From Bacilli bacterium (GTDB lineage: Bacteria; Bacillota_I; Bacilli_A; RF39; UBA660), in NCBI GenBank assembly GCA_017441845.1, contig JAFRVB010000008.1:46143-110142 (forward strand): a DNA stretch of 64,000 bases, read 5' to 3'. Positions within the stretch are counted from its first letter, which is position 1; each line of letters starts with the position of its first letter. Shown here piece after piece: positions 63,271 through 64,000 of this stretch. The position numbers and the translations under genes were made by a program. Below the pieces are notes generated by a model, which worked only from the letters and a program-made list of their open reading frames with translations, was not told the DNA's origin and did no database searches.

Positions 63271-63696
63271 TTAAGTCAATTGATTATCTTTCATCTTCTT
63301 ACTTTTAATAAACACCAAACCACCAATAACAAATCCAAATATTATCAATAAAAATCCAGGTAGTTTCTTCTTATAATTAATAACTCTATCTCTACTTAAA
63401 CCATCTAATTCCATATCTAAATTAGCCTTCTCAGCATTTAATCTATCTACTTTATAAGATATCTTTAAATACTGTTTACTTCTACCATTCTTATTATATT
63501 CAGCCGTCTGTTTAGTTTTTAAATCTTTTAAACTAGTATTAATCTCATTACTTCTCTTATTAATTTCATTAACTCTAACTTGATCTTTCTTAGTATAAAT
63601 CAATTCATTATTATTTTTAATCATATTAATACCAATAATCAAAGTAATAACAATAACACTAATACTAATAATATACCCTATCTTTTTAGTATTCAT
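63271..63696 (-). CDS. Bitopic hypothetical membrane protein (141 aa)
   Basis: N- and C-terminal TM segments flank a helical K/N-rich segment. Confidence 0.4.
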   Translation of the reverse strand: MNTKKIGYIISISVIVITLIIGINMIKNNNELIYTKKDQVRVNEINKRSNEINTSLKDLKTKQTAEYNKNGRSKQYLKISYKVDRLNAEKANLDMELDGLSRDRVINYKKKLPGFLLIIFGFVIGGLVFIKSKKMKDNQLT

Positions 63697-63736
63697 ATTA
63701 TCACCATAATTATTATATCACAATAAAATGAAAGTA

Positions 63737-63976
63737 TTAATTACTTTCATTTATTACTTTATCAAAATAATCATTTAATTCATCATTAACATAACTAATC
63801 ATATGATTAACTTCTTCTAAATATTTATTATAACTATTATATATAGGATACTCTTCTAATTTAGAGGTTTTCTCATCTAACTTCTTTTTAATATCAGTAC
63901 TATTAGTCTTAATATATTCTTTTTGTAAGGACTTAACTTCTTCAATTAAATCAGTTAACTCAGTATTTTCACTCAT
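63737..63976 (-). CDS. Small helical hypothetical protein (start uncertain)
   Basis: ORF track. The frame stays open upstream of the ATG to the window edge (..NTVKLKEQM), so the true start may lie outside the window. Confidence 0.35.
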   Translation of the reverse strand: MSENTELTDLIEEVKSLQKEYIKTNSTDIKKKLDEKTSKLEEYPIYNSYNKYLEEVNHMISYVNDELNDYFDKVINESN

Positions 63977-64000
63977 TTGTTCTTTTAATTTAACAGTATT

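Noticed and set aside
1-64000. Mollicutes-type genetic code (UGA=Trp) because of the extreme AT content and DUF285-type repeats
   Set aside because: Standard-code ORFs up to 8 kb are uninterrupted. Conserved Trp positions use TGG, for example DGNGRWA in uppS at ~61335.
1-64000. Prophage, IS element or integrative element
   Set aside because: No integrase, transposase, recombinase, terminal inverted repeats or phage structural genes were recognisable in any frame.

Overview
Very AT-rich, standard-code, low-GC Firmicute chromosome (gene content looks Erysipelotrichia-like; this is a guess). Nearly every gene is on the minus strand.

Backbone genes: the conserved block priA ... fmt ... rlmN-stp-prkC-rsgA-rpe, a YloB-like Ca-ATPase, dut, desulfoferrodoxin, scpAB, nrdDG with a divergent Crp/Fnr regulator, and rseP-cdsA-uppS / KH-rpsP.

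Accessory content:
(1) 1-18.8 kb is a surface-fibre locus. It combines a SipW-type signal peptidase that has a long C-terminal extension, a catalytically dead SipW paralogue, a 2682-aa GLUG + Gly-rich beta-helix giant protein, two large paralogous secreted proteins (one vWA-like, one with a choice-of-anchor-J-like end), an LPVAG-anchored protein, a class C sortase and a small TasA/camelysin-like protein.
(2) 21.6-23.5 kb is a strongly promoted and terminated pair of paralogous proteins, one with a TYAWFT SipW-type leader. It is followed by about 1 kb of non-coding DNA that carries promoters and terminators on both strands.
(3) Two class B sortases are present, one next to a protein whose tail contains NPGTG.
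(4) Between tRNA-Leu(CAA) and a non-canonical tRNA-Thr(UGU)-like gene lies an islet holding yefM-yoeB and an orphan 700-aa type IV prepilin with a cysteine-ladder repeat.
(5) The most unusual item is a self-contained transcription unit sitting where rsmB normally lies, between fmt and rlmN. It encodes a 926-aa cytoplasmic protein with two RNxxxH (HEPN-like) motifs flanking about 17 tandem 24-residue solenoid repeats, plus a 242-aa membrane protein. No CRISPR array is present.

No rRNA, CRISPR array, transposase or integrase was seen. All family assignments are by eye from motifs; no searches were run.
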